From positions 17,937-81,936 of the forward strand of contig JAGCOR010000017.1 in NCBI GenBank assembly GCA_017642585.1: a DNA stretch of 64,000 bases, read 5' to 3'. A program made the position numbers and the translations under genes. The notes under the pieces are model-generated. The model ran no database searches and was not told where the DNA came from. It was given only the letters and a program-made list of their open reading frames with translations. This DNA comes from Alphaproteobacteria bacterium (GTDB lineage: Bacteria; Pseudomonadota; Alphaproteobacteria; Rs-D84). This document shows, piece after piece, positions 62,611 to 64,000 of the stretch (position 1 is its first letter; every line of letters begins with the position of its first letter).

Positions 62611-64000
62611 TTAGCTCAATTTTTGTTTTAATAAATCGCTGACCATTGCAGGATTGGCCTGACCCTTGGTTGCTTTCATAACATTACCAACAAAGAAGCC
62701 CAACAATCCGACCTTGCCAGATTTATATTGTTCAACCTGGGATGGATTATTGGCGATTACTTCATCAACTGCAGATTCAATCGCACCAGTATCAGTAATT
62801 TGTTTCATGCCATATTTATCTGCGATTTCATGAATTGTGCCACGTTCACCATCCAACATTTTGATGAATATTTCTTTGGCCTGTTTACCGTTGATTTCGG
62901 ATGCTCCAATCATATCAACCAATTCAGCCAAGTTTGCGGGTGTAATAATACGTGGTGCATCTGGATCTGCATTTTCAGTTATTTTATTTGTAATATCCAT
63001 ATTTTCAGGATGTGCAAATAATTCTGAAATCAACCAGTTTGCAACCGCTTTGGCGCGTTCTTTTTTACCACCCACAGCGGTATCGAACCATTTAGATATA
63101 TCTGTTGTTTCAGTCAAACGGGCCGCGTCATATTCGGTTAAACCAAATTCATTTATATAACGTGCACGTGTGGCAGCAGGCAATTCAGGCATTGTTTTGC
63201 GTATACGTTCAATTTCTTCGTCACTTATTTCCAATTCCAATAAATCAGGATCTGGGAAATAACGATAATCCAATGCATTTTCTTTGCTGCGTTGTACAGA
63301 TGTTGTGCCGTCGCCCTGGTTATAACGCATAGTATCTTGGGATACAGTGCCACCGTTTTCATAGATTTCAACTTGACGACGTGCTTCGTATTCTATGGCT
63401 GTTTTTATAAATTTGAATGAAACCATATTTTTTGTTTCTGTACGTGTTCTAAATTCCTTTGAACCCACAGGGCGAACAGAAACGTTAACGTCTGCACGCA
63501 TTGAACCTTCTTCCATGTTTGCTTTGGATACACCCAACGCACGTGCGATTTCACGAATTTCACGCAGATATCTTTCTGCTTCATCAGGGGAGGTTATATA
63601 TGAATTATTTTCAGGATTTTTAATATCCAAAAATGTTACGATTTCCAACAACATAACGCCTGTACGGTTGAAATCTACGAAAGATTTTGATGGGTGCATA
63701 TCGTGTTTATTTTTTGCGGCATCTTGTTCCATGTGTGCACGTTCAATAAATATTTTCTTTGGATTGCCGTCATCACCCATAATTTCAACCCAGCCACGAC
63801 CAACCACAGGTGGTTCTTCTGCGGGTTGAGAAATTTGATAACCTTGGGGCAGGTCAGGGTAAAAATACTGTTTACGGGCAAATTTAGAATGATTGGAAAT
63901 TTTTGCATTTATGCCCAAACCAAATTTGATTGCCTGTTCCACACAGTGTTTATTTAACACAGGCAACATACCCGGCATAGCAACATCAACCATACATGCC
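62611..64000 (-). CDS. gatB: Asp/Glu-tRNA amidotransferase subunit B (GatB), 5' end beyond the window
   Basis: PGMLPVLNKHCVEQAIKFGL, QYFYPDLPQGYQISQ, EQDAAK, and the C-terminal YqeY-like domain (GLLGFFVGNVMKATKGQANP). The canonical N-terminal ~25 aa are missing, so the gene continues past position 64000. Confidence 0.9.
   Translation of the reverse strand, partial: ACMVDVAMPGMLPVLNKHCVEQAIKFGLGINAKISNHSKFARKQYFYPDLPQGYQISQPAEEPPVVGRGWVEIMGDDGNPKKIFIERAHMEQDAAKNKHDMHPSKSFVDFNRTGVMLLEIVTFLDIKNPENNSYITSPDEAERYLREIREIARALGVSKANMEEGSMRADVNVSVRPVGSKEFRTRTETKNMVSFKFIKTAIEYEARRQVEIYENGGTVSQDTMRYNQGDGTTSVQRSKENALDYRYFPDPDLLELEISDEEIERIRKTMPELPAATRARYINEFGLTEYDAARLTETTDISKWFDTAVGGKKERAKAVANWLISELFAHPENMDITNKITENADPDAPRIITPANLAELVDMIGASEINGKQAKEIFIKMLDGERGTIHEIADKYGMKQITDTGAIESAVDEVIANNPSQVEQYKSGKVGLLGFFVGNVMKATKGQANPAMVSDLLKQKLS

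Overview
This is an AT-rich, gene-dense bacterial chromosome segment. I could run no database search or composition statistics, so everything rests on reading the ORF translations and the DNA. The gene content looks alphaproteobacterial and probably from a reduced, host-associated lineage (inference): a MucR/Ros regulator, an RHH_4-type protein, RpoH, an LptF/G permease, Lnt, TatA and TatBC, LolA, GatB, and SPOR and LysM-M23 envelope proteins. I call about 67 CDS, including two small ORFs missing from or edge-truncated in the ORF track, and one tRNA-Lys(CUU). There are no rRNA genes, CRISPR arrays, transposases or phage genes. Most genes are housekeeping: xerD, greA, mutL, yajC-secDF, ftsK, rarA, trmB, gltX, der, rpoH, rsmE, thrS, dksA, trxA, sufS/sufE, ftsL-ftsI, recJ, nrnA, lolA, tatBC, tatD, tcdA, miaB and gatB. 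The parts that deserve a second look are listed here. (1) A roughly 1,260-aa cysteine-rich mosaic exported protein (39255..43046) with 138-bp in-frame tandem repeats and a central glycine-zipper-like module. (2) A translationally coupled cluster of four exported proteins (53489..57137) directly after a LysM-M23 lipoprotein gene and directly before tRNA-Lys. Its first protein is paralogous to the central module of the giant protein, its third is a trypsin-like protease, and its third and fourth genes share a near-identical 45-bp signal-peptide-coding segment. (3) A tight four-gene minus-strand operon (17945..20077): membrane protein, a 168-aa protein with a degenerate HNH-like motif, a SUKH/SMI1-like protein, and an RHH protein. 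(4) An orphan VirD4/TraG-type coupling ATPase in one transcription unit with lipoprotein genes. (5) An in-frame ybeY-lnt fusion. (6) Two regulators, MucR and DksA, that have both lost their zinc ligands, and a ThrRS lacking the TGS domain. (7) Two recurrent DNA motifs: six terminators with the same CCGCC-N5/6-GGCGG stem, and five copies of a TTTTTnTGATATAAT extended -10 promoter. All functional readings of the accessory genes are hypotheses.
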